Shown: piece by piece, positions 12,401 through 25,913 of the stretch
Layout: each line of letters begins with the position of its first letter
How positions within the stretch are numbered: the first letter of the stretch is position 1
Assembly: GCF_033153115.1 (NCBI RefSeq)
Contig: NW_026889776.1
Coordinates: 2,604,001 to 2,668,000, forward strand
Direction of reading: 5' to 3'
Source of the DNA: Saccostrea echinata
Lineage: Eukaryota
DNA length: 64,000 nt
Translations under genes and position numbers: made by a program
The notes under the pieces: model-generated
Databases searched by the model: none
Seen by the model: the letters and a program-made list of their open reading frames with translations, nothing else
Told to the model about the DNA's origin: nothing

Positions 12401-15400
12401 ATTGATTCAAAGGCTTTTAAGCTGTACCTATAGATTTTATTTTTTGTGTTTGCTCTAATAAAAACATATGAATATAAATTAAACATGTACTTGTGTCACA
12501 ACAAAAAATACTACATGTATCAGGTATCCATTGTGTGAAGCAATGATAAAATGGATATAAAAAATATTGTAAATTTTCTGACATTAAAAATTTACTTGTT
12601 TTCATATCTATTTAAAATTCAAGTTTTCATTCAAACACAAATTTTAAAGAAAGTTACAGAATCTTAAAGTTGGGCACTGGATGGTAATTGTACGTATCAA
12701 TAGAGGGAATTGTACACTATTTCTAAAACTTACTATGAGATCCATCTGCAGTCAGTGCTGTGTTCTGAGGGTTCATGTACAAATTCTCAATTAGTACTGT
12801 CTATAAAGAGAATAAAACATTGATCTGTCTTCTCAATTTATTCAAACAAAAAGAAAGGAAGTCAAAATTGCAAAATTCAGAGAGTAATTGTACCTACCTG
12901 ACTGAAAGTGGGTTTGTTGTGAAGACGTGAACAGCGTTCTCCATGTCGACAAGCTCCAATTTTGAAGTAAAATGAACAGTTTACCCTGAAATATATTATG
13001 TATCAAATAATGTATATATAAGTGAAAGGAAAATTTCTCAGGGAATGTAATCATATACAATCAAACACTTTGGCCTCAATCAAACTAGATGCTTGGAATG
13101 AATCAACATGACAGAAAACTTCCAACAAATTAATTCAATCACTTTGGCTTCAATCAAACTAGATGCTTGAATGAATCAACATGACAGAAAATTTCCAACA
13201 AATTAATTCAATATAGAACAACATACTCTGCATATTTTTCATAGTTTTATTTGTATCTGGGTGGTGGGTACTCAGAAATTTTTGTAACTTGTGATTGGTC
13301 ATCAACAAAATTATTTTGTTAAAAACTCTGATTCTACACAAAAGTACTGTAAATTTTATATCAAAAGGATGCTAGAGTCCCTCATTGACAACACCTATGT
13401 AGTTCTCACAGACCAGATCTTCTAACAAACTTGGAATTTCTATGGGCACTAATTGTGCTCCTTTATTAACATACTTTTTTAATATTCCTATAGAGCAGAA
13501 TTTATTCAAAAACTTCTGCAGGAGAAGAAAACATTTGCTGTGGCTTCCAACTTGACATTCAGACATATTCAAATATATCCACAAGGTCTTATCAATTAAC
13601 AATATTTACTTCCATTCATATGTTGACTTGATATATTTCAGTGAACTTGAAATACATGTAAAAGACACCACAGAGTCTGCCACATCTGTTTAATATTTGG
13701 ATGTTTACTCACTATAGACTATAAGACCAACTAACGACTAAATTGTATAACAAACAAGATGACTTCAACTTTTACATCCTCAACTTTCCTTATTTATGTA
13801 TCATAAATCTGCTAACAACTGGACATGGTGTTTATGTCTCCCAACTTATTTGATACTTAATTGCATGCTCCAATTACAATCATTTTTTTAAACCAAGGCA
13901 GGCTACTGACAAATAAGTTGATGTTACAGGAATTTTAACAACCTTGTTAAAGTCAAGGATTTATCAGCCTATTTTGGGAAAGGCCATTTTTGGGGAATTG
14001 GGAAAATATTATTGGCTATTTGATGAAATTGGGAAAAATTTAAAATGTTGCTTAAATCATGTATTCAGGTGTTATTCATTTAACATTTCAGCATGAACTC
14101 TAATTTGGGCACCCAAACAGACAATTATAAATATGATCCAACTTCATCACATAAGATCAATTATGAAAAATAGACCAATAAACGTAAAATTGACTTCAAC
14201 GAGTATAAAACATTTACCTATGCAACTTAGGGTAGTACATGTGTGTATGAGATTCCAATTTCGGTCATTACAGAATCTTTTTCTGGAGATTATAAACCTA
14301 CTACAAAAAATTATACAAAGTACACATTTTCTCCGTCCTCTTTTAATATGTATTAAAACATTGAAAATATATTTTTCTATCTGAAATAATGCCTACAGTC
14401 TTTACCATTCACTTGTAGATCAATTGAGTAGGTGGATATAATTTAATAAATCTATACAGTTACACAATATCACCATTTTCAGAAAAAACAGAGGAAATTC
14501 GGATTAAAAGTTGGCGATGTTTTTACAGCATTTTTAAACATGTGTTATGACTGTAGCTTTGCTAAATGAGTTATAGATGAAAATTAAAGACAATCTGACA
14601 ATTTTACTCTGTGTTTTTCCAAGATAATTAAATATAAAAGCATTGTTCACCAATTTGGGAAAAAATACTGCCAAATTGGGAAAAACTGAACTCATTTTCA
14701 ATTGGGATTGGTGCTGAATTTCGGCCCCTGAGAAGGTACTAATAAATCCCTGAAAGTCAGCATTTCGTAAATTCTATGGTCATTATAATGACCTTGTTAA
14801 CAAATATAACCTATCATTGGGTCATATTTTGGCTGACATGTTTCATATCAATTGTTAGGCCTTAGTTTTTACACTAAATTTGATGATGGAATGTTCATCA
14901 ATACATAGGAATCAAAGCAGGTGTGGCTGGTCAACAGTGGATGATTACTCCTCCTTGGCACCTGATTCCACCTCTAGAGGTCCTTGTTTTATGCCCTGTT
15001 CACAGATTTTTATTGTTTGTAGATTTTTTGAGATTGATCACTGTTCGTTATCTTCACCTTTTTCATTTAAAAGAACTAGTCAAAAAAAGTTATTAAGTAA
15101 ACAATATAATAATCTTAATTTTTTTTCCTTAAGATGCCACATTTTTTCCATGAACTACATATTTAGAGACAAACTATAATAATGGTCTTGGGATAGATGT
15201 ATAGGGTAGACTGTCAAATTTCGAAAAATGAATAACAGTTTTTAGCATTAAAAAAAAAAAAAACACTGTATAATTGAACTGTACCATCTTATCAGAAATT
15301 TGTTAGGATGTCTACTGAATTTCAGGGTAACTGATTTACTTTCCAATGTTTTTGACTAATATTTTTGCAGCCTTTTTCATTCATTTTGGGAAGAATTTTA

Positions 15401-16991
15401 CATTGAAATCTTAAAACATTTGTGAAAATGGTTAAGGACATATGCAATGTATTTTAAGCTTTAATTTCTTATTTCCTGTACAATAGCTTCATAAGTCCCA
15501 CACTTATAATGTCAGTATATGATCTTGTGCACCTCTTCTCAACAATTTTTAGGAAATACCAGCTATGATACATTTTTGGTAATATTAGCACATTTTTTTT
15601 TCTTTTTCAAAGAAAGTGGCTACCTTCGGCCACATACCTCAGATCACTTGACTAAACACTATAATCTAGTGTTATGGTGGTTTAATTTAAAAGAATGTAT
15701 CTTGATCTACTAAATATTAACTCATCTCAGGTGGTAAGTGAAGACTGACCCTAACCTCTTGGGTAGGCGCATTTCAAAATGCCTGCTTTTCAGTAGGGAA
15801 ATTGGGACGAATTTAGGTCACCAGCAGATTTTAATTCACCATGTGGGAAAACAAGATATAAAATCTACACCTCCACACCAGTTGTCAAATTGGCTAAATT
15901 GCCAATGAAAAAAACCTTTGAAAAACTCCTAAATTTTAACAAATTTTATATCTTCCCACTATATTCTAAAACTGGCAAGTTCCTTGCCTTAGGTTTAAAC
16001 TGACGAGATTGGCATACACTGGTAAACCTAGATAGAACGTTCTATCGTTAAAATGACATTGTCCTACGGACCCGGTTTAACGATAGAATTCGTTCCGTGT
16101 ATTGGCAATGTAGCAAAATAAACACGGGCGATAACTCGAACTCTGTGCATTTTCTATGAACAATCCAGAGAGTTCCGAATGTCAACATGGCGTTAAATTT
16201 GAAGCGAGGAAAAAATGTTGAGAAAATGAGTTGAATTTTCGTATTTATATGGATTATTTTTTAGGTTAAAAGGCATATACAATCTCAAAAAGGTTTGTTA
16301 TGATTAACTTGGTTGTTATTTTCAGTGCAACTCCTTTTGTATTCTTCAAAATCATTTCGGAGTGGATCCACTCCGATTTGCTACATTGCAAGTATATGGG
16401 ACGTATTCTAACTGTGGTGAGGGCTTGTCCCGAGACACAGTTAGATTATTCTAACTATGGTAAACCTTCCCCCATCAAATAAAGCAACAAGCTGGGTTAC
16501 GAAAGGTCAAATGGTACATTCAGCATAAGCCAGTTTGAAAATTAAGTAAAATCTCTGTGGTTTTATCTAGATTTGGGCTTGGATTTTTATGTCTCTGATA
16601 AAACAAGTAAGACATGATTTCCAAATGATCTGACATCAAAATGGAGTTTCTTAATTCAAGTCATTCTCTAAAACAAACGTAATATACAAACAAAATATAA
16701 GTACACTATATCTATTATGAATCTCAAATTTGTTTTCCTGTTTTTTTTTTCTTTTTTTTACCGTACAGATACAAAATCTGCAGCTAGCTGCAAAAATCAA
16801 TCTGGATCTGGTTTTGTTATATTTAACTAATTTCAGAATTTCATGAAACATCTGTAAAAATGATATTGTAAAATTAACTATAGTTATCATCAAATGCTTA
16901 AAAACAGGCCTTATACTACTGAATATGAAGCTGGAAATTAGCATTACTTGTCCTTTTCTGTGCCAAAAATCGACGCAAGGTACTCAGCCAT
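9470..16991 (-). CDS. U2AF1: Splicing factor U2AF 35 kDa subunit
   Basis: Exons 16948-16991, 12898-12985, 12734-12800, [11667-11743 or 10879-10952], 10383-10454, 9963-10096, 9727-9828, 9470-9617. Protein [44 protein letters not shown]...[25 protein letters not shown]...[44 protein letters not shown] followed by an RS domain (two CCCH fingers, UHM, RS). Confidence 0.98.
10879..10952 (-). CDS. U2AF1: U2AF1 alternative exon 4b (74 nt; (I)[24 protein letters not shown])
   Basis: Polypyrimidine tract plus ttgtag acceptor, AAG|GTAGGA donor, phase 1 to phase 0, open frame, paralogous to exon 4a. Confidence 0.92.
11116..11284 (-). other. Candidate cryptic/poison cassette exon inside U2AF1 (169 nt, or 61 nt from the internal acceptor at 11176)
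   Basis: Acceptors cccttttgttttgtag|11284 and tttttttccctgtag|11176 share a consensus donor AAG|GTAAGT at 11116. The long form has stops in all three frames. Confidence 0.5.
11667..11743 (-). CDS. U2AF1: U2AF1 alternative exon 4a (77 nt; (I)[25 protein letters not shown])
   Basis: ttttcag acceptor, AAG|GTAACG donor, phase 1 to phase 0, open frame, homologous to the UHM acidic helix. Confidence 0.93.
13066..13211. repeat. Tandem duplication of ~74 bp
   Basis: cactttggc(c/t)tcaatcaaactagatgcttg...caacaaattaattcaat occurs twice. Confidence 0.9.
13380..15065 (+). mobile_element. Degenerate Penelope-like RT fragment interrupted by a MITE
   Basis: Remnants [44 protein letters not shown] with frameshifts and stops. 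Confidence 0.65.
13954..14752. mobile_element. MITE with CA(A/G)GGATTTAT termini and 5-bp TSD (hAT5-like)
   Basis: AAAGT|CAAGGATTTAT ... ATAAATCCCTG|AAAGT. Confidence 0.75.
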
Positions 16992-17128
16992 GTTTTCGAC
17001 TAACGCGGAAACTATGACGTAGCACACAAGTGCACAGTTTCCGTGACGTAGTTTGCATTCAGTGTCAGAGAAGGAAGAAGTGGACGATATGAGAGATTGA
17101 TTTTTAGAACAATTACAGTATTTAAACG
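16992..17128. promoter_or_regulatory. Putative bidirectional promoter of U2AF1/PSENEN plus PSENEN non-coding exon 1
   Basis: CpG-enriched stretch directly upstream of the U2AF1 ATG with two TGACGTAG (CRE/ATF-like) sites at 17015 and 17044. Candidate donor ACG|GTGTGT at 17128. The first PSENEN coding exon begins with an acceptor (ttacag|20505), so an upstream UTR exon is needed. Confidence 0.6.
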
Positions 17129-17438
17129 GTGTGTATATTAATTAAAACATTAAATTAATATTTTGTTTATAAAGTACATCAAACCAAGGACTTACAAGGG
17201 ACAATCTTCAGCAATTTTACCAGCAAGATAGTTTTAACATCCCAAATTTGTATCCATTATTCATTTTGGTTTTTAGCCAGTTAAATAAAATGTCTTTTAC
17301 ATTTGACAGCTTGAAAAATCATTTTACATCTAACAGAAGGTATTACCTTTTTATTGCCATGAAGGTAGAGGACTAAATGTTTTTGTCAAGTCTGAGTTAT
17401 ATCTATCTGCGAAAACATTAATCATATTAATATATATC

Positions 17439-17877
17439 TGCAGAACTGTATTGTTATGGTTTTATATTTTAGTCTTTGACCATAACACCACAGATCCCGT
17501 AATGTAAATGAAGTGCAATTTATGGCACAAGATTTTCTGCACACTTTGGGGATGTATTTTGCCAATTTCCAGCAGTAGTTAATCAACGACCCTTCATCCC
17601 CTAATTTTAGACATATTCTATAACCAACCTGTATATTTTATCCACCTCCTAACCCTTTATAGTCATCTCTACAGACCAATAAATTCGCTTGTTGTGAATT
17701 TGTTGTCAGATGGCTAACGAGTTTATTGGTCTGTAGACCAATGCTGGAAAGTGGGGAAATACATCTCCAAAGTGTGCAGAAAATCTTGCTCCATAAATTG
17801 TACTTTATTTACATTACAGGATCTGTAGCAGTATGGTCAAAGACTAAAATATAAAACCATAATGCTACAGTTCTGCA
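17439..17877. mobile_element. Foldback/palindromic MITE in PSENEN intron 1
   Basis: Outer arms of ~140 bp (TGCAGAACTGTA...CCAGCA / TGCTGG...TACAGTTCTGCA) plus inner arms ctacagaccaataaa / tttattggtctgtag. Confidence 0.8.
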
Positions 17878-19773
17878 ACTAGTTAATATATTCAAGATAT
17901 CGGGGTTTTAATTTTAAGCCTGGCATACTAGCCTACCTAGGCAAATTCTTCAATTTTGGCATTTTAATTATATATACCCTTTCCTATGTATTCAGATGAA
18001 AAAAATTGTTGTTAATCTATTTAGTGATGTATTACAACTGAATTTTAACAACATTAAAGTATTTTAAAACAGTTTTGTAAATTTTCTTCATATAAATGAA
18101 TTTTCTTAAAAATGTCACTCAGATATTTTTTAAGTGTACAATGTATGTAGCTGCAAAACTGCATCTCTCTTGGACAGAAAAATTGGACAGACATACCATA
18201 TCTAGTATTTATCTACACTTCTGAAGCTAAAATATATCCTGCTTTAACATTTTAATACCAATTTTACTCATTTAAAAATCTCACAAATAGTAATGGTTTG
18301 AAATGAGAATATGATACAGTCTGAGATCAAGTTTGGAGAAATCTCAGCCCAGATGCTTGCTGCTGTCTTTATTCACTCAATCATATATTTTAATAATGTT
18401 TATTAAGTGCAAAATATTTCTGTAGATTCAAAACTTATCTTTCTGGTGCAGAAAAGAACGAGTGCACTCATGGGCCCCGGTAAAATGTGAAAAAATGAAG
18501 AATCAAATGAAACTTAATTTGCCATCTCAAATCATTAATCGATATCTAAACCATAAGAATCAACAAATTTTATCACTGGTATTCATGAATATACAAAGAG
18601 AAAAGCCATACAATGTGGTAGGGGTCAGTCGACATTCATGATTTTCTATAGTAAATCGACTACGGTCATTCATTTCAAAGCTTTTGTTTTCTGTCAGCCT
18701 AATGTTGTACAAACTTGTGCGAATGACAAAAAACGCATTATACATTTATAAAACTTGTGTGAAAGTAGGAAATTTGTACAAGATTAGGCTGGTACTTAAA
18801 ATATTAAAAATGTATGTAAAGTTCAACATTTTTCCTATAGCAAGCAAGAGCTATTTACCTGTATGACCTGTGTTGAACCCACCTGTGGAATAAATTATTT
18901 AAAATAACGGTAGTCACATGAGTTCTACCCAGGTAAACATTCCACAAATGTGCTCACTGTAAAACATAGCCACGTTTTATATCATTATATCAAAGTCGTA
19001 CCGCTTAGAGATGTTGTATGTATTTGGTTTTAGGAACACGGGAGGGTTAGGAGTGTTTAGTCGTTAAAATGTCATCATACATAAAAGTGTCAAACATTTT
19101 TAACATTCATGCAAGACAATGGTACCGGTATTGAAAGCCACCTAAATACAATTTTTTCTTTTCAAAATTTAAAGGAACTAATGTTAATACTTATTGCATT
19201 TTTTCAAATGCAAGCATGCAAATTTCTTAGTTTGATCACTATGGCTACAGGCATCTATAAACTTCATTCGATTTTTTACAGGTAAAATAGCGCAAGAAGT
19301 ATTCGGCAAACGCGCCCGTCAATGATCCACCATCAGATTGTTCAAGTGTCAATTTAAATGTCTCCTCCCCTTGATTTAAATAAACGAAACTCAAAATAGG
19401 TTCGATACGACTTTTCCGGATTTGGGGTATCTATAGGCATTAAAACTCTTCATTTGTTTTAAATCCATGCTGATTTAGGTGACATTTTAGCGTAATTTTT
19501 AATTAGAAATATCCACTTGTGTTTAACTATTACCAAAAGAGAACGATTTGGTCATATATTCTAAAGTAAAACAGCTCTGAAAAAGGGCCCATTAAGCATT
19601 GCTTAAGTGCACTTGTCCTTTGGACAGACATACCAGACCTGGGACAGAAAATTCAAACAGACATACCATCTCTGGTATATCTCTCTGAATTTTCTGTCTC
19701 AGAGAGCCACAGTTAGCAGCTAAAATATATGTTGCTTTAACATTTTAATTTAATTCCAATTTTACTCTTTTAA

Positions 19774-20225
19774 AGCTATATATAATTTATTCCTATTCAT
19801 GGTATGCATAACTATAAAGAAAAGATACTCTATGGTCATAGTCCTGGTGTAGATGAAGATTTAAAGCTATATATGGTGTATCTGAGCTAAAAAATAAAAA
19901 TACGAGATTGAGTGAAGATCGAGATTGAGTGAAGATAAAATGATATATGTTATTTACATTCAAATTTAAATTTTCACGGATTTTAAACATGAATAACCTC
20001 ATGTTTCTATTGTCAAACTGACCTTAAATTATGTCTGTTATTTAAATCCGGAGGCAGTAAATAAATCAGTTTTTGTTTTAAATTTCTAATATCTTTGAAA
20101 CGTGATTGATTTAAATTGTGTAATTTACAGGAAAGTCCTATCTTTACTTAAAGTAATAAAACAACTAGAAAGATCTTTTTAATTTTAGTTAGTCTGAACT
20201 TATAAAAGATATGCCATATATGACT
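19774..20225 (+). mobile_element. Kolobok-like MITE (copy 2), TTAA TSD
   Basis: TTAA|AGCTATATAT ... ATATATGACT|TTAA. A paralogous empty site lies at ~18272. Confidence 0.8.
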
Positions 20226-20513
20226 TTAAAAATCACACACACACACACACACACACACAAATGGTTTGAAATGAGAATGTAATACAGCCATTGTTACAAG
20301 GCAAGTTGGAGAAATCTCAGCCCCAGATGCTTGCCGCTATCTTAACAAGTCCAAAATGTATCAGGGCTGTTACACTACTAGATATATGATATGTCTAAGT
20401 TAATGTCTTCTGGAACATATAATCTTACTGAGGTTGGAGAAGAAAACCAGTCCATTTATTGCATAGCAATATTTGCATTTTAATTAAACTCTTTTATGTT
20501 ACAGTGATTAACA

Positions 20514-21210
20514 ATGGATTTGGCAAAAGTGAAAAATGAAGACAAATTAGACTTGTGCAGAAAGTATTACATTGGTAAGTCTTTAAAAAAAATGAGAGAT
20601 ATCTTTTGCATCAATCTATTTTTGATTTCAAAAACCGTATTTGCTCTCAAGTAAGCTCCCTCCTTTTTTTTCTAATGTAAATTAATGTGCTAGTAAATCA
20701 TTTATTTTTTAACCAGGTGGCTTTGCTTTCCTGCCTTTTTTATGGTTTATCAACTCTGTCTGGTTCTTCAGGGAGGCCTTCCTAAAACCAGAATACCAAG
20801 AACAAAAACAAATCAAGACATGTAAGTTAGGAACCTGTTAGACCACAGGGGTTCTTCAACATTTATTTTATGATGCAAATTTCAAGAAAAGCTGTTTAAT
20901 CAAGAAAACCAAAATAAATTTTGAATTTGTTAAACCAAATCATGTTCTTATATATAACTCATGAACATGTAGAATAATAATCCTTGTAACATCTTTATAA
21001 AAATTATTTTTAAATATACCTATAAAATATTACTGATCCTGAAAGAATGTATATGATACTATGTTTTCAGATGTAATACGGTCAATGATTGGAACAGTGA
21101 TATGGATAGCCATTATAACAACTTGGGTGGTTCTTTTCCAGACCAATAGGGTGGCATGGGGGATCACTGCAGACAAAATATCATTCCTTATTCCTACAGG
21201 AATACCATGA
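20514..21210 (+). CDS. PSENEN: Gamma-secretase subunit PEN-2 (101 aa)
   Basis: Exons 20514-20574, 20717-20821, 21071-21210 give [60 protein letters not shown]...[23 protein letters not shown] at 21733. Confidence 0.97.
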
Positions 21211-21833
21211 AAATGGTAACATTGTAAGCTAGCTTATCTTTGCTTCCCTGAATTTTTTAATGGATTTAACAAGTGCCATTGATACCAGTTTTCTATGTTA
21301 CTTGATACATGGATTTTTTTTTATTTTAGGATAATTCAGAACCATGCAAACTCATAAAGAAGTATCATTGAATGATTCTCTAATAAGAATAGCCAAATTC
21401 AAAACAGTCAGTTACATTCTTATCATTGAAGATCTCTTTGTCTAAAGGACGACATGTAGTCTGCTTCAAAATGTAAATACAATTATAAATGTGTTTAAGA
21501 GGTGTATTTATTTTTAAACTTGGTGCTCGTGAACAAGTTTACAAGTGATCTGTGTTGTACACTTGGCCTAGAAGACATAGATCATTTGAGAAGTCTTTTG
21601 CCAAAGCTGTATACATTGTATCTTAATAGTGAAATGTAATATGTGTGTGAAAAGCTCATATAAATGTAAACGTAGTTGCCAAGAGAGAGAGAGAGAGAGA
21701 GAGAGAGAATAGCTTTATGTAATTTCTACTAGAATAAAAGACAGATTGAACTGTTATAAAATATTACAGATGTTGTGTACGACCTTTTTCATTTCTTATT
21801 CAATCATATATGGTCTTACTTAATTATGCACAT

Positions 21834-22052
21834 ACTGTGAAATCATTTAAATTCTTGGGGATCAATATTTGTGGGCAACCAACATTCTACTGGTTCATAA
21901 GGACAAAATTTTATGGGTAAGCTGTATGTACAGAAGATTCAGTGAACAAAATACTACTACTTTGATAAAGTTATAGTATGTAGGGATGAACATTCATGGG
22001 CAAGGGTTACCTATGAACATTGGTCTCCCATGAACATTGATGATTCCACAGC
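21834..22052. mobile_element. Small MITE (TACTGTG.AATCAT ... ATGATTCCACAG ends)
   Basis: Inverted termini. A related partial copy lies at ~30133-30334. Confidence 0.55.
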
Positions 22053-22175
22053 AATTGAGTATAAATACCAAATGAAATTTCTCTGAAAATCTACGATAAA
22101 TAATAGTGTGCAGTGAAAATGTGTATTTTCGACTGATCCAAATACATGTCTACTAAGTTACCCGAGTAATTAATC

Positions 22176-22954
22176 AAACAAGAGGCCCAGGGGCCCTATT
22201 GCTCATCTGAGCACTTTGGCTAGGAAAAAGCAGAAATCAGTTCAGTCTTGAAAGTTTAAATATAAAAGTGGTTTCGAAGAGGGTGGGGGGTATGATTTGA
22301 ACTAACTTGAATCTACACTTCCTACAGATGCTTTAGCATTAATATGACACATAATGGCTTTGCTGTTCTTAAGAAGAAAATTTTTATTGATATATCCCTT
22401 ATATTCATTTGTATAACTAGGATCCCCTGTTATGGCCCCTCTCTTCTCCTGGGGGGGGGGGGGGGGGGGGGGGGGTCATGATTTGAACAAATTTGAATCT
22501 ACATTACCGGAGGATGCTTCCATTTAAATACAAGTAATTGTTGCTTTGCTGTTCTTGAGAGGAAGATTTTTAAAGATTTTTCCCATGTATTGCTTTGTAA
22601 AACTTTGATCGACCATTGTGGCCCTCAAACTCTACCCCCAGGGGTCATGATTTGAACATATTTGATTTTACACTACCCAGGGATGCTTCCATATAAATAT
22701 GACCAATCATGACTTTGCTGTTCTTAAGAAGATTTTTAAAGATTTTCCCCATGTATTCCTATGTAAAACTTTGATCGCCCATTGTGGCCCTACCCTACCC
22801 CTGGGGGTCATAATATGAATAAACTTGAATCTACACTACCTCACAGTGATTCCACATAAGTTTCATATTTTCAAGCACAGTAGTTGTTGGGAAGATTTAA
22901 ATGATGCCATTAATTTTTCATGAATTCATATTATCTCCCCTTTGAAGAAGGCAT

Positions 22955-22994
<40 letters not shown>

Positions 22995-23141
22995 AATACT
23001 TTGTGGCAAGTTTGGTTGAAATTGGCTTAGTGGTTCTTGAGAAGATGATGAAAATGTGAAAAGTTTATGACGACTACAACTATACAGACAAATTTCAATC
23101 AGAAAAACTCACTTGAGCCAAGTTCAGCTCAGGTGAGCTAA
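22176..23141 (-). mobile_element. HINE/Helentron-type element with ~166-bp satellite units
   Basis: One end aaacaagaggccc...gctcatctgag, the other ctcacttgagc...gctcaggtgagcta. Repeated catgatttgaacaaatttgaatctacact units in between. Confidence 0.75.
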
Positions 23142-23897
23142 TAATAAACAAAAACAACACCTTTTTAAATGATATACTTTAATTTTAATAACACTGTCAT
23201 TCTGGCATGCAGTCATGAACAGAAATGAATGGAAAACAATGCACCATATTCATTTATAATTTTATGTACATAATTATTATTTAGGTTTCACATTTTTTTT
23301 TTTTTAAATTGAAAGTTCTGTTTAAATAGCAAAAATTCCAATTCAAATAAAATCAAAACAGTATTGATTGTTCAATAATAAGCAGAGAAGATTTTTATTA
23401 CAATGTACATTAATTTTATGATTGCTTCCAAGTAAGTATGATTATTAATCAGTAAGTAAAATAAATCTATATACAAATCAAGTATCACACAGAGCGAGTC
23501 AGTACGACAAGTGTTCATTTCAATTAATGCTAAAAAAAATCTGTCTTGTGTGTAGTGGTGAAAATTTAAATGTGCATAACAGATGACGGATTTAAGGAAA
23601 TTTATTGGTTATTATCTGGAGATAAGTTATAACCATGTTTTACTTAAAGTCTAGTACCTCGTTTGTTGAGCACTATATTCCACCATTATAACAAAGTAAC
23701 TACTTTCTGCTCAAAGCAGCTGTGCTAATCATTGTAAGTTATATTATTTAAAGTGCTATACACACAATTTTTGAAACATTGTCAATGCATTATAATATAA
23801 TTAGAAATGAATTGATTTGTCAAAGCTAAGCTTTATTAGGGATTTTATGATTTGCTGCACTTAAAATATACTGGTAGACCAAAATGAATGCTATATA

Positions 23898-24832
23898 CAG
23901 GGTGTTCCAAAATATATGTTACATTTTGAAAGTTCAATTTCACAAACACAAGAAAAAAAATAAGACAAGTGTTTTTATCAACTTGATGCATGTATCTATA
24001 AGATTCATTATGTACAATTACCAACTAAAATATTACACATTGGACGAAATCCCAAACATTAATGAAAATTAGTGAAATTTCTAAATTACGTCATTTTTGT
24101 TACGTTGAATTTCACAATGTCAAAAGCCCATATTATATGTTCTTGATGATCTCCACTATTTCAACTACAAATGAAAGTTGCTTCTCGAAATTTGTATAAC
24201 CTTGTCACACATTTTTGCTTAGACACTCCTCATTTGAAGGTTTATATGTTTCTTTTGAGCTCATGCAGTATCTGTGGTCTAGGATTGTAGACCCTGTTCC
24301 TAAAGAACCCCACAGAAAAAGGCCCAAAGATTGATATTGGCCAATGCAGAGATCAAACTCTTTTCTTGGGATATTGCATTATTGAAAACTTGTACACTGA
24401 TAACTTCATATCATATTTCAAAGTTCAATATATGCTGGAAATGCTGATATTGCCAGCATCAATTTCTGAAAACATCTATATGACACTTTTCTCAGGAGTT
24501 TGCTAAACTATCTAAGAGTCTACACTTCACCAATTAAATCTTCGATTATTGAAGTCTTTAGGCTTTCTGGAGCACCGTGTCATTTATCGCATATTGCTCG
24601 TCCCTGTCCTTTAACCTTGTTAATAGCCTTCTGATAAGCATTTTAAAAAGCTTCCATTCTTTTGAATATTTCCTTTATCAACTTCTGAATGAATATTACT
24701 TTTTATACTTTTTCATATGGAATGAAAATGCAGGATTTGATGTTTAAAATGATATATAGTTTGTAATAAAATTATGATAGGTAAGAAAAATAATTAGATT
24801 TAAAAATGTAACATATATTATGAAACACCCTG
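23898..24832 (-). mobile_element. Degenerate Tc1/mariner element
   Basis: ~30-bp TIR CAGGGTGTT(C/T)CA(A/T)AATATATGTTACATTTT, TA TSD. Minus-strand transposase remnant (..FLWG...RVYNPRPQILHELK). Confidence 0.8.
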
Positions 24833-25379
24833 TATTAAACACAATACAGACTTATATACCACAGTCTTATGAGTTTGAATTTGTTCATAAATTTTGCACT
24901 TCTTACTCTTTGTAAATCAACTTTCTCCCCTGTTTGAATAGTTCTATTGCTTTCAAAAGGTTGAAAAAAAAAATAGTGAAAGGTTGTTGCAGTAAAGGGC
25001 TGAATTAAAGACAAGTTTTCAAATTAATGAGCTTCATATAATGAAGGTTTGAAGAAAAAATATCTTCTTGTATGCTTGAATGATGAAATTGAAAAAGAAT
25101 ACTGCAGGAGAAAGCTGATTTACAATACTGGACAAAACTTTAAAACTGTAATGTTCTTCTGTATTTCACATACTATTAGACCTTTCAGGCTGATACAGTA
25201 AGAGAAAAAAAAGTGCAATAAAATTTTGACAAAATTTTGTTCATGGTGAAATCATAAACAAGCATTTTCTTGAATTGTCTTTAAAATATATGGCACTCAA
25301 AATGAATCTATCTTGATGTTGCCCTCCCGGATGTACAGACAAACAATGTAACAGACTCTCCAATAAACCAGCTCACCAT

Positions 25380-25838
25380 CTAAACCTTAGAAAACTCCTC
25401 AGGAAGATTATACAGACCACAGACAAGATTTGCAGGTAAAGCTTTGTCTGAAAACAAGATTAAGTGTAGTTATTGCTACAGTAACTGAAAAATAAGTGCA
25501 TTAGTGCCAGTAAATGAAATAGGAGTACTAAAAAGAAAGAGGCCCATGGGTCACAATGCTCTCCTGAGTCCCCTTAGCCCTGCTTTCTTCAGATGATATT
25601 TATAAGATTTTCCTCCCTCTTTTTCTTCATTTCTATGAATTTCAAACCCCATACTGTGGCCAAAACTATAGCCTCAAGGGATTACATTGTATGACTTGAC
25701 ACAACTTAAATCTACTCAATACTAAGAAGTTTCAATATCTATATGACAAAGATTTTTAAAACTATTTTTCCTTTATACATGCATTGTGTAAAATTTGATT
25801 ACCAATATTAGCCACGAATTAAAAAAAATTAAAATGTT

Positions 25839-25913
<75 letters not shown>

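Noticed and set aside
17078-17088. AAGTGGACGAT shared with 56295-56305 near two plus-strand gene starts
   Set aside because: A single 11-mer match in 64 kb is plausible by chance, and the third pair lacks it.
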